A stretch of DNA of 25,087 nucleotides from a virus (taxonomy: Duplodnaviria > Caudoviricetes), in IMG/VR virus record IMGVR_UViG_3300005512_000305, positions 1-25,087 of that record; one strand, written 5' to 3'. Made by a program: the position numbers and the translations under genes. The notes beneath the pieces are model-generated. The model was not told the origin of the DNA. It saw only the letters and a list, made by a program, of their open reading frames with translations, and did no database searches. Each line of letters begins with the position of its first letter. Position 1 is the first letter of the stretch. Shown piece after piece: positions 18,101-24,365 of the stretch.

Positions 18101-18944
18101 AAGGTCGTTCTCATCATCAGATGACATGTTCGAAAGCCTGGGAATTGAAATCACACAATGGCACCCCACCATGCAGTCCCTATCCGGGTTCGAACGCAAA
18201 TACATGCGCCGTCTCGTGTTCTTCTACACTTGGATGCGCAACGCTACCAACAAAATCGTGGAAGCAATTGTTGAAAACCCGATGGCGTTCGTACTGGCAC
18301 CCAAAATCAACTACGCCATTTCCGGGGCAATGGGTGGCGAACCACAATCAATAGGGCAAACCTCACCCAACGACCCCCGCATTGCCGACTTCTATGCACG
18401 CCAAGTCCTCGGCCCAGCATGGTACGACGAAGCAGGCAACGTTGTAGGAATCACTATCAACGCCCCCCAACTGGACATTATGCAGTCCCTCATTGGTGGC
18501 ATCCAATACGACACCAACCTGCCTGTGTGGCAGCAGGTGCCCGGTTCCACTGCAACATTCCTCAGAGAAAACGTTGTCGGCACACTCAACCCCATCATGA
18601 AGGGTATAGGTGAACTCACGTACGGTACCGAAATGCGCCCCTACGGCCCGGTACCCATCGAAGACGTGGGCGAATATATTACCGACCTGACAGGGCTGGG
18701 TTACATTTCACGAGGCACCGGTATGGCGTTCATCAACGAGCAAGGGTTCCTGCAACCACGCACCGACCGTGACGACAGCCGTATTTCGCAGATAGAGAAA
18801 CAAAACCGCAGCAACCTGAACGCACTCACTGGTCTACGTTTCGCAGAGTACAACAAGTACTTCGAAACCGCGGAACGGCAGCGGCAAGAAAGAAACCGTA
18901 GTTATTTGGACGATTTTGTGAAAAACTTCGGGAAGACCGATTAG
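9183..18944 (+). CDS. Giant (~3250 aa) probable internal virion / polyvalent protein with embedded DUF488-like and NADAR domains
   Basis: Uninterrupted 9.76-kb ORF at the end of a podovirus-type structural module, mostly helical. DUF488-like segment at aa ~620-763 and NADAR at aa ~1237-1382. True start may be 9195. Confidence 0.85.
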   Translation: MRGKMAVPLPKPPKPPSGIVDRGEALKSLLSGSYGVKKSSNPINYPRTDILSAAGQLPRTDPNSIDWDPYWRPIEQTLLTITAGGMGNVNVADKAVKYLTSTDPSKHMNYWSHLGPIGDFTRGFWASVTMDKNSDDFVYGSDLIENVSDNVGKRYDPNYVDRENNIDPKLKFGAGLAIDIFADPITYLPGGILASGVRGGVRAAQAATGLSKIPAGIKGVKTGLPEGVGDFKMGRFTKQLKPTGYDEWVAARSLKNIERIARKNQIPTEGLLALASAKAAKSYEIAAAKLTKESPIGRVFTVDDVKNLQTQVQTLRAGNRFYPIKGNVEAAETLMEGVAKSPAAQKAARAATSRVGVGAAKYTTLKAGEEVDELRYQKLREESVRRTKAGFWAEARQEFKTDAAARQAAARAEESAQVRTPSSADPESFEEVVVNAGRQALLRFQPAEATTSPNQDVFTIVDAITDSPVGSTEAIARVSRELIRNGEQLDLTVTAPSGTKYSLSELLDGVIDGTATNINTADLEHVSRFLPRVFENMQEARKSVAPRESVAPKTEVGAEPVEDVLIDPLGVPKPVGSLKDIVDFAQIDAFADELEALARTEQALDAEILAVMRDTNVEGFVYDVNIKGLRPGDLERALRKENITTVIDARAYPNADVKEDYLHLKGDRLELSLGEAGIKYVPSGAKLGDRPGNAAFYVDGNPTYETMRTSPEWIAGVDEIVAQVKAGETIAILSFGKTTRDTLTSRLLQPELNARGYQVRYVRADLNDADFRPEGYQPNSDRLRALYEKRGAVRAERERIYQQTIKADAQKLLPGAAESEINALNRRIISAEAHTMAGWRKHVKSPVRGLQQVDVGKWADNVAGIAEESAKRLAKDGGGSVEAQSVLLTKLLALHGGENVQELLDRLVLVSGGTQKATADLTDMGDAADFVEKVLGSSKPFGVLDVNNRFERGVSEQEIFDAVQALAALKSDIPGYTDKAREIMAREGVGPEDARIVDRSFLFVRQYQDAVEANPGERVNIWGEVVDEDFVAHEANRIIDNIANTYYAEAVRTPDVPTGQSIETFVETASARNVELSANDEGVNVIRDITYMQKTRVPVRDQKVTTPTRDPAQDALRNADYAITNSRLQPAEQPSLRRPQAASVADSAALQLSRPPAANLNGKKVFVSYDENLVNGRGILEVVSSIKNTHWKGAEIFVPELPINMILVTHLRKEGIPFTVFRKEVTESGQEASIKKQLVNVWAGSGESAELSNFAARMFTAEINGQPVTFPTVEHYFQAKKADMAGDIAAGRAILAAPTAAQAKKLGRTVKMTPEQVAAWNAQSSEVLYEGMVQSFKQNPNAAKILAKTGSAKITHKSPSGKTDKWTEEFPKLLERARRELSPPTAEQAGEAKPFQFFEYGRFNKETRPVVATFDASKQAELKDVYDHIVGFARQPLPDVETWVQTLYRMAGNSDPSWQAKTSARTILKSIGLPYQAGTRGVPARDALREAIQNPEAKKAYLQYIKSFQALYDVDPVTKQLVNFEARGAGVDIFGQMWRNRYDFAKTAKGEELLEANEAAINNMFHAYTQYPDGDIIWQAVKESRVPVSEIGQPGAEFTVSASGRKMYRSEKPKLINVLTKYLGAQRAYEVLPHVRYNEARIDLQTLLRGSEEAAEKQYDVLKERNLLDDILHRTSTYSHLPDTVRPQALTYASSSALTDLNRAYFSGDIETLAEYWGSTVARTEYSYSQVVQVPRYTDEFLQAAERKLANPNVIKKLFDKRIGSEITDVGTLTRPTAETIEVDFMRDPDVAKKLPVSKEYAVVNRIGEEGGALVRWTMTEDPQINSFINDISLMLNIEEEVARRIVPGALEYAMAKGTAPDVFDSNVFVRYLLGELKVSQKKTTRPLTREETRLYNEGKLAGDIAREAKNKVDVALNLKRLLPVDEKRTGLLGTAWKQYDQNFLDMVTDNLLGQRFENGQAVAEFLRSKNLTLRGAWDSNREAFIVEREFITDSVVHNADEVRRILAQSDADAKIEQMLAENAQRVQTNLLRIKNESARNLVQNVAAGAYRRSVRPLKKGQQYARRGNVWPNITKGLKSKIKPGTIQHWNASMLALTRWHDISLSTGIFPITKLINTPLRYVTVSAQQDWAYLSFVDVYRSIATRNPGMDEMFRTALDAGFPINVIEEAAVFAMKMNRSEVELLSETKTMLLAEYMTQRLRRIDKDLAAKINPFEGNNFETAFIATTVSWLTDSQIAGELLQKHNMYAAAAFRTADEVSNAIVEPVRQKVVDVARNITRNSSAQHEALNESIDELRQVLRDRGYAKDSLESLLSLQKLSKFHVEHFTPLDINAARYRQRLTGAAIAGTDNLTSEAKRRATARQRRIAELYQQNKQVPKNIRQAQKAWLEKVQAAQNTERAALANETIDLAKQATGEDVTSMAAAAIAAGDEALLAAAFEKTINIAENVESLAESLQRAFTQGPVMNGYYDLTAQMASQGKKGNYAEHIAAEQAREASGLPLESLREAVEATPASERLPGSAFERTSRTTRFMTAMSGRANMRFMKHMQVTEEAGMDAVRNMFERGVESTLKQAQQLFGGDKEAIDFGWQVIIGTFGPKNMRKPLEQLATTPEQMAIAQQIVHQTRTLFDTETAHTLAMTGLDTDHINSWLRRGPLRASAAQLPEGMTGYDIANTIPVMLNNLYDAYLNGVRGADYTTLLKGYNFALRNAAIAPNSAARMSAQFGHRGLGYSTVKEALADGLVQPQVGRGAGTLFQWLDPTQAYPKEILEQARQLEKFMDYDSQNVGKLLKAFDKPTTVIKSSLTLWKTGHHVVSAMGEAFMNVLAGVYNPYRYAQAFRALREGGEFRRGSIFGENILDLENWAKEYADEAVPNPTRQIMKQSGNKGIPIRIGNKTTVVPYQAFYREFMRRGLGISANVAEDLLVQSDEIVKSGGVLRKIFSPVLRANQGLAEFSARRDNLFRMAHAIDIIQKRSFSSSDDMFESLGIEITQWHPTMQSLSGFERKYMRRLVFFYTWMRNATNKIVEAIVENPMAFVLAPKINYAISGAMGGEPQSIGQTSPNDPRIADFYARQVLGPAWYDEAGNVVGITINAPQLDIMQSLIGGIQYDTNLPVWQQVPGSTATFLRENVVGTLNPIMKGIGELTYGTEMRPYGPVPIEDVGEYITDLTGLGYISRGTGMAFINEQGFLQPRTDRDDSRISQIEKQNRSNLNALTGLRFAEYNKYFETAERQRQERNRSYLDDFVKNFGKTD
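11040..11471 (+). other. DUF488-like domain within the giant protein (degenerate)
   Basis: LRKENITTVIDARAYP, LGEAGIKYV..GAKLGDRP, YETMRTSPEWIAGVDEI and LNARGYQVRYV follow the order and spacing of DUF488 motifs. Confidence 0.7.
12891..13329 (+). other. NADAR (YbiA/DUF1768) domain within the giant protein
   Basis: LSNF, FPTVEHYFQAKK, AKKLGR, W, FKQNP, LAKTG, DKW and LL..AR..L occur in canonical NADAR order. Confidence 0.9.
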
Positions 18945-18955
18945 AATAGTTAATT

Positions 18956-19267
18956 ATGGACTGGTTCGAGTTTTTACGCCTTGCAGAGAGTTACGGGCCC
19001 ACAATAGGCGGAATTGCGGCAGGAATCGTCCTCATCGCGTTAGTGTTCAAATCGTGGCCCGTCATCAGCAAAATAGTTAAAGTCGGTGACGCTGTAGCAG
19101 AACTCCCAGAAACACTACACACCATTACGACAGAAATTAAGACAATCAAACAAGAAGTTCTCCCCAACGGGGGCACATCCCTCAGGGACGCCGTCAACAG
19201 AACAGAAAACCAAATCAAAATCATCGCCGCAATAGTCGCGGAACATGAGGAAGAAATAAACCACTAA
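18956..19267 (+). CDS. Small membrane protein (N-terminal TM helix plus coiled coil), possibly lysis-related
   Basis: Hydrophobic stretch IGGIAAGIVLIALVF. PNGGTSLRDAVNR motif is typical of actinophage membrane proteins. TAGAAT lies 8 nt before the ATG. Confidence 0.75.
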   Translation: MDWFEFLRLAESYGPTIGGIAAGIVLIALVFKSWPVISKIVKVGDAVAELPETLHTITTEIKTIKQEVLPNGGTSLRDAVNRTENQIKIIAAIVAEHEEEINH

Positions 19268-19998
19268 ATACCCCTCAACGCGGTAGAAGCCACCATAGAC
19301 TTCCCCCTCAACCATTTACCACACCCGTTGCACTGGAACTTTTGGTACTTACCAGACACCAACACTTCATAACCACGACGTTTAATATCGTGACCCCCAC
19401 AATTCGTGCACGCAACATCATCATCATCCACAAAAGCAGGAACGTTCAACCCCTTAATCCACGGCAAAAACTTTTCAAACAAATCAACCAACAAATTCAC
19501 ATCCTGCAACTGATAACGTTTCATCTCCCGCCACGCCTTATCATCACCAGCCATACACTTAATCCACAACTCAAAACCAGAATGCTTCACCTTCGCACCC
19601 ACCCCCAACCGTTGCGACACATAATCCAACTTGTAACTAGGGAACCTAAAATTTTGTTTCGCCACACGCATCAAATCAACATCCTTCGTCGGTGACGGCG
19701 GCAACAAACCAGCCTCCAAAAACTCCCGCTTAATATGTTTATGGTCAAACTGGGCACTATTCCACCCCACCAACACGTCAGCCTCATTCATAAGGTCGTG
19801 TAAAACTCGGAGCATGCCCTCCTTGCCATCATGATGGACACTTTTAAATATAACTTTACGCGTGCCATGCCACCTCGCACCAAAACACATAACTTCCGTA
19901 GACTCAAGAATTTGCTGTATCGAAACATTTTGTTGCCACAACCCCCACGTGTGCGCCGTCATTGGACTGGTCTCTAAATCTAAAAACAAAATCTTCAC
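19264..19998 (-). CDS. DEDD / RNase H-fold 3'-5' exonuclease with C-terminal zinc ribbon
   Basis: FLDLET, GWNSAQFD and YQLQDV motifs, plus CTNC...CNGC. Start revised to GTG 19998, after a G-rich SD-like tract. Confidence 0.88.
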   Translation of the reverse strand: MKILFLDLETSPMTAHTWGLWQQNVSIQQILESTEVMCFGARWHGTRKVIFKSVHHDGKEGMLRVLHDLMNEADVLVGWNSAQFDHKHIKREFLEAGLLPPSPTKDVDLMRVAKQNFRFPSYKLDYVSQRLGVGAKVKHSGFELWIKCMAGDDKAWREMKRYQLQDVNLLVDLFEKFLPWIKGLNVPAFVDDDDVACTNCGGHDIKRRGYEVLVSGKYQKFQCNGCGKWLRGKSMVASTALRGI

Positions 19999-20073
19999 AC
20001 CGTTACCCCCACAACATATTGGTTGCGGAACAGCATACACGCACAATATGTAGAATGCAGCATTTCCGTCACC

Positions 20074-20082
20074 TGATAAAAT
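20074..20082 (+). promoter_or_regulatory. Extended -10 (TGATAAAAT) for leaderless microprotein gene
   Basis: Lies 6 nt upstream of GTG 20089. Confidence 0.65.
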
Positions 20083-20088
20083 AGGTAA

Positions 20089-20163
20089 GTGAACGAAGAA
20101 ATTGACGGCTACGGGTGCCCAATCGACCCGATGGAAGCATTACAATGCGAATCATGCCAATAG
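20089..20163 (+). CDS. 24-aa acidic Cys microprotein MNEEIDGYGCPIDPMEALQCESCQ, absent from the ORF track
   Basis: Translated by hand. Flanked by its own promoter and terminator, and ends in CxxCQ. Confidence 0.75.
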   Translation: MNEEIDGYGCPIDPMEALQCESCQ

Positions 20164-20171
20164 GCATATAA

Positions 20172-20202
20172 GAAAAAACCCCCAGATTTTGGGGGTTTTT
20201 TC
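20172..20202. terminator. Bidirectional intrinsic terminator
   Basis: 13-bp stem GAAAAAACCCCCA / TGGGGGTTTTTTC with A and T tracts, between the convergent microprotein and holin genes. Confidence 0.88.
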
Positions 20203-20224
20203 GTTTTAATACTTAGGTTTCCGC

Positions 20225-20428
20225 TTAGGAGGCATCAGAAGAACCCTTATAGTTAGCAACCGACGTAAGCAAAGAAAGCACACCCGCCAAAGCAGAAACA
20301 CTCACCACACCCACCCAGTCAACCTGAACAATAGAAACAACCTGCGAAGCGGTCAAAACCGCTACAGCAGTCTGAGCAACCGTTTTCACGGCTCTTTCCA
20401 AACTATACGCTACATAATCTTTCATCAA
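20225..20428 (-). CDS. Holin, r1t-type
   Basis: ERAVKTVAQTA motif, two hydrophobic helices, directly after the endolysin. Confidence 0.88.
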   Translation of the reverse strand: MMKDYVAYSLERAVKTVAQTAVAVLTASQVVSIVQVDWVGVVSVSALAGVLSLLTSVANYKGSSDAS

Positions 20429-21114
20429 TACTTCCCTTCGTTAAGAACCCTCTGCAGGGTTGAGATAGTTATTCTACCCCACACACCATTAGTTTTGACA
20501 CGCAAAACATGCTGCAAAGCTTTTTTCGTTTTAGGACCCAAAACACCGTCAGTTTTCACATGCAACGAAGCTTGAATAGCTCGTCTCGTCATCGGACCCA
20601 AAACACCATCAATACGGCCAGGGTCAAAACCCCTAGACTTCAAATTTTTCTGCCAAGCCCTCACCGTCGGTTTATCCAACCTGCCCGTAATTTTCAAACC
20701 CGGTCGTTGCCCCGGCGCAAACCACGGCGACGGGTCCTGGTCAGTACCCCACACACCAGACGGTCCACGAACCTCAAAATGTAAATGGGGGCCAGTAGAC
20801 GCACCAGTTGAACCAGAAACATAAATTTTGTCCCCAGCTTTAACACGGTCACCCTTCCTCAAATGGGTCGCTTCACGCCCATGATAGTAAACAGTGACAC
20901 AATCACCGTGGTCAATTTTGACCACATGACCACCACCAATTCTTTTATTACCGTTATAAGAAATAAAAGAAACAACCCCGTCACCAGCAGCAAGAACATC
21001 AAAAATGCCACCATAATCAATACCACGGTGTAACTTCCGTACACCACTGATGGGGTGACGCCGGTAGCCATACGGGGACGTTACCGGTCTACCCGGTGCA
21101 GGATTAGACAACAT
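20425..21114 (-). CDS. Endolysin: M23 peptidase plus peptidoglycan-binding repeats
   Basis: HRGID and GASTGPHLHFEV M23 motifs, with repeated DGVLGPxT peptidoglycan-binding motifs. Confidence 0.93.
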   Translation of the reverse strand: MLSNPAPGRPVTSPYGYRRHPISGVRKLHRGIDYGGIFDVLAAGDGVVSFISYNGNKRIGGGHVVKIDHGDCVTVYYHGREATHLRKGDRVKAGDKIYVSGSTGASTGPHLHFEVRGPSGVWGTDQDPSPWFAPGQRPGLKITGRLDKPTVRAWQKNLKSRGFDPGRIDGVLGPMTRRAIQASLHVKTDGVLGPKTKKALQHVLRVKTNGVWGRITISTLQRVLNEGKY

Positions 21115-21120
21115 TTGGGG

Positions 21121-21219
21121 CTACCCCAAAACAACCATGGCTTCAACAGCGTCAGCCACAACATTAGTGGGAGCGGCGTCACCGCCACCAGCACCAGCGG
21201 CAGGGTGAATTCTAGCCAT
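21121..21219 (-). CDS. 32-aa mini-ORF MARIHPAAGAGGGDAAPTNVVADAVEAMVVLG, absent from the ORF track
   Basis: ATG overlaps the upstream stop (TGATG) and the ORF fills the gap before the endolysin. Confidence 0.6.
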   Translation of the reverse strand: MARIHPAAGAGGGDAAPTNVVADAVEAMVVLG

Positions 21220-21512
21220 CACTCACCCGCCGTGTTCTCAAGACCCATACGCAACACAGCAATCTCCGAACCATTCACATCAGAAATCGCATACAATTTG
21301 TCCTCACGGGGAACCTCAAACGAGATAGCTGCCCCCGCAGTAATCTTGTACCCGTAATCTGTGGAAGACACGTCAGAAGCACCCAAATACACGTTAGCGG
21401 CAGCATCAACATTCTGCACCGTCACATCAGTACCCTTATACACTTTGTTTGTGTAAGTCACCTCACTAACGGTGCTATCACTCAAAGTAATCAATTCGTG
21501 TGTTACAGCCAT
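21219..21512 (-). CDS. Small beta-rich hypothetical protein, probably structural
   Basis: TVQN...VYLGASDVSSTDYG...KLYAI pattern, located in the tail accessory operon. Confidence 0.75.
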   Translation of the reverse strand: MAVTHELITLSDSTVSEVTYTNKVYKGTDVTVQNVDAAANVYLGASDVSSTDYGYKITAGAAISFEVPREDKLYAISDVNGSEIAVLRMGLENTAGE

Positions 21513-21516
21513 AATC

Positions 21517-21924
21517 TTATTCTACCGCCTCTTCAGACTCATCAACCGGTACAACCACCCAGCTTACGGATTCCTCATCCCAGGTGTACGATTCCCCATC
21601 CTCGGGATAGGGGAGCGGAGCTTCCCACAGACAAGTCTCCTCGTTGAGAACCCAACTCTCGAACGGTTTCGGCGGGACGAAAGCGTCCCGTTCCTCATCG
21701 TAAGTGAAACCGATACCGGCATAGTTGAACCGTAGCGCTTTGCTTTGGTCCTCACTAGGTTCCCCATCGGTGTAGTGGATACCGCCGTGAGTGTTGTACG
21801 AAGTCTGTTTGTACACATCACCGGTGCGAGCGGTCAGTTCCGCTTCCAAACCGTCATCCTCTTGACGCCCCACAGTGACGAAGGTCACGACATTGTTTTC
21901 ATCTAATTGTGCAAAGTGGCTCAT
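21517..21924 (-). CDS. Conserved hypothetical partner of Gly-rich tail proteins
   Basis: MSHFAQLDENNVV, KQTSYNT, NYAGIGFTYD and WEAPLPYP motifs belong to a family typically following Gly-rich genes in aquatic phages. Confidence 0.85.
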   Translation of the reverse strand: MSHFAQLDENNVVTFVTVGRQEDDGLEAELTARTGDVYKQTSYNTHGGIHYTDGEPSEDQSKALRFNYAGIGFTYDEERDAFVPPKPFESWVLNEETCLWEAPLPYPEDGESYTWDEESVSWVVVPVDESEEAVE

Positions 21925-22838
21925 GCGAATGTCACCGTTTCACTCGTAGTGCTTGTAGCAGTTATCGTGTAAACCTTGTTTAGTCCTACGGTTGCGCTTG
22001 TCTGTGTCACACCGGCAGAGAAACTCACGCTGGCTTGAGCCGGAAGCGAGAGGATTACGACACCGGAACCACCGTTCCCGCCAGTTTGCCCAGCAGAGCC
22101 ACCACTACCGCCACCGCCAGTATTAGCCGTTCCCGCGACACCGCTATTTGGGTACGCCGGCGCACTACCCCCGCCGTCTGTTGCCGAACCTGGGGTCATT
22201 CCAGAACCGTAAGCACCACCACCACCACCACCAGCACGCCCAACAGCGGAACCTGTAATTGATGAAGTAACACCTGACCCACCGTTACCTGAAACCCCAG
22301 TAGCACCGTTAGCGCCAACCGAACCGGCACCACCACCTCCACCAGCCGGATAGTTAGCAACTGTTGAACCATTAGAACCACCGGCGTAACCCTCGTTAGT
22401 TGTGCCAGAACCGCCAGCGTTGATTCCAGCAGCGGCAGCCCCGCCCCCACCACCAGAGCCACCGTTCCCCGCTACCGAAACACCTGAGGTACCACCTCCG
22501 CCTCCACCAACGGTGGTAACGCTTACAAATTGTGACAGAGAGCCTTGAGTACCCGAACTTGAGGCTACAGCACCGGAGTTACCGCCAGCGCCCACCGTCA
22601 CCGTGTAAGTGCCAGGCGCTAAACTCAAAGAAGTTTCAGCCGAAGCCCCACCACCAGACGACTCACCGGCAACATTGGAACGATAACCGCCAGCCCCACC
22701 ACCAGCAGACGACCCACCCCCGCCACCAGCAATAACCACATATTCGACTGCGTAAGGCGACGCACCAAAAGCGCTAGACATATTCCGAAACTTTTGAAAG
22801 TCCCTGATGGAACTGTTTGCCATAGAAGTAACAGCCAT
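21921..22838 (-). CDS. Glycine-rich domain protein (tail or receptor-binding associated)
   Basis: VEYVVIAGGGGG, YTVTVGAGG, ANTGGGG and GGSGVVIL motifs. Confidence 0.85.
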   Translation of the reverse strand: MAVTSMANSSIRDFQKFRNMSSAFGASPYAVEYVVIAGGGGGSSAGGGAGGYRSNVAGESSGGGASAETSLSLAPGTYTVTVGAGGNSGAVASSSGTQGSLSQFVSVTTVGGGGGGTSGVSVAGNGGSGGGGGAAAAGINAGGSGTTNEGYAGGSNGSTVANYPAGGGGGAGSVGANGATGVSGNGGSGVTSSITGSAVGRAGGGGGGAYGSGMTPGSATDGGGSAPAYPNSGVAGTANTGGGGSGGSAGQTGGNGGSGVVILSLPAQASVSFSAGVTQTSATVGLNKVYTITATSTTSETVTFA

Positions 22839-22856
22839 TAGTCGTTACCCCCCTTA

Positions 22857-23189
22857 CTAGGAAATTTCGGTACCAAAAACGTTGACCGAAATAGTAGCAG
22901 AAGCACCCGTATACACGGTCAACACATCAGCAGCATCCATCGTAATACCCAACGTCAACGTAGTAGAATCATTCGCCGCAATCGGAACATCATACGCAAT
23001 ATAATGCTCATCAGCCTGAGTCGCACCATCAGGGCGAATCGACAACCTAAACGAGTTCGCCGAAGCCGCACGATTCGCAACAATAATCGTCGAAATCACC
23101 GACTCAGTAGCAGCCGGCACCGTATAAATATCCGTAGCCGTCTCAGCAGTCGGGTCAGACTGCGCCAAAACCTTATAAGCGTTAGCCAA
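22857..23189 (-). CDS. Tail-associated beta-sandwich hypothetical protein
   Basis: MANAYKVLAQSDP...YTVPAATESVISTI...FGTEIS family pattern, with a TTG start. Confidence 0.8.
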   Translation of the reverse strand: MANAYKVLAQSDPTAETATDIYTVPAATESVISTIIVANRAASANSFRLSIRPDGATQADEHYIAYDVPIAANDSTTLTLGITMDAADVLTVYTGASATISVNVFGTEIS

Positions 23190-23190
23190 T

Positions 23191-23478
23191 TTAAGCTCCC
23201 ATCAAAAGAAAATTATGCTCCAGTCCGCCCCCACCAGCAGAACTGATAGGTTGCCAACCACTACCATCATACACGTAAGCCAACGAAGTATCAGTCTCAA
23301 AAATAGCCTGTCCATCAAAAGGCGAAGCAGGCCGAGTCGCAGACGTACACAACGTCACAGAAACAGCAGCATCCAACGACGTAATCATCGAATTAAAAGA
23401 CGACACCGAATACGGTTCAGCAGAACCAGGAGTAGGCAAAGAAATACCCAACCGGTCAGTATTAAAAGTAGCCATCAA
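23191..23478 (-). CDS. Short tail-fibre-like protein ending in FLLMGA
   Basis: TRPASPFDGQAIFETDT...YDGSGW fibre module and hydrophobic C-terminal motif. Confidence 0.75.
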   Translation of the reverse strand: MMATFNTDRLGISLPTPGSAEPYSVSSFNSMITSLDAAVSVTLCTSATRPASPFDGQAIFETDTSLAYVYDGSGWQPISSAGGGGLEHNFLLMGA

Positions 23479-24365
23479 ACATCCTCAACGGAAACAACAT
23501 CCTCAACATCAAGCATAACAGGCTCCTCCCCAAAACCAGCAACAATAGCCCCACGCTCACCCGAACCAGAACCATCACCACCCACAAACATGCGCTCCTG
23601 CAACACCCTAAAATCACCCGCCAACTCCATCAACAACGTCGGGTCCTTCACACGACGCAACACCACCGTCATCACATCACGCACCAACTGTTGCACATCC
23701 AACGTCTGCTGGCGACCCGGCGTGAAATACCCCGTCAACTCATGCAAATACTGCACAGCCTTCAAATCACCCGAATCCACCGACTCCACAAGCTTCGCAT
23801 TGGCTAAAGCAACAGCACCCTTAAGCCCCCGTTCTGACGCCCGCGTCAGAGCCTCCCTAAAAGGCCCAAACTGCAACCACCCCTGATACTGGTCCCACGA
23901 CACACCAGCACCCCGCAACCTCTGCCGCACAGACAACCCCGGTACAGGGTCCGACAAAGCACGAATACACTCCACCATCTCCACCGACAAACCATCAGCC
24001 TCAACCCGGTCCGCCGTAATACCCCGCTCCTCCAAAGCCCGCTGAAACTTAGCAGACGCCACCACATCCGCCAACCGCTCCAAATCCTCCACCCCAAAAG
24101 CACCCGACGCAGCCCGTTGAATACCCTCAGCAGACACACCCTCCCCACGCAACCACAACAACCACGCCGTATTCACCGCATTCTGAAAAAACTCCCGCGA
24201 CACCAACACCGCCGGCGCAACCCTCGACAACCTCGCCGCAGCAGACCCAGGCCGTGCAGGCAACGTCACATTCAACACACCAACACCAACACCCTCAACG
24301 TCAGAACTCGCCTCCGCGAGTTCCGCCGCAAACGGCGGCAAATCAGACAAATCCGACGACATCAC
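23475..24365 (-). CDS. HTH-containing protein, terminase small subunit-like
   Basis: HTH-like LRGAGVSWDQYQGWL..PF followed by helices ending in SGDLKAVQYLHELTG, with an acidic tail. Confidence 0.5.
   Translation of the reverse strand: MMSSDLSDLPPFAAELAEASSDVEGVGVGVLNVTLPARPGSAAARLSRVAPAVLVSREFFQNAVNTAWLLWLRGEGVSAEGIQRAASGAFGVEDLERLADVVASAKFQRALEERGITADRVEADGLSVEMVECIRALSDPVPGLSVRQRLRGAGVSWDQYQGWLQFGPFREALTRASERGLKGAVALANAKLVESVDSGDLKAVQYLHELTGYFTPGRQQTLDVQQLVRDVMTVVLRRVKDPTLLMELAGDFRVLQERMFVGGDGSGSGERGAIVAGFGEEPVMLDVEDVVSVEDV

Noticed and set aside
9656-18619. Numerous antisense and alternate-frame ORFs inside the giant gene
   Set aside because: Shadow ORFs expected from codon bias. They lack translation signals and protein-like motifs.
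9183-18944. Giant ORF as N4-like virion RNA polymerase or siphovirus tape measure protein
   Set aside because: No recognisable RNA polymerase catalytic motifs were seen, and no tail tube or tail assembly chaperone genes precede it. The context is podovirus-like.
19999-20046. Cys-containing N-terminal extension of the exonuclease
   Set aside because: The family domain begins at KILFLDLET, and GTG 19998 has an SD-like tract upstream.
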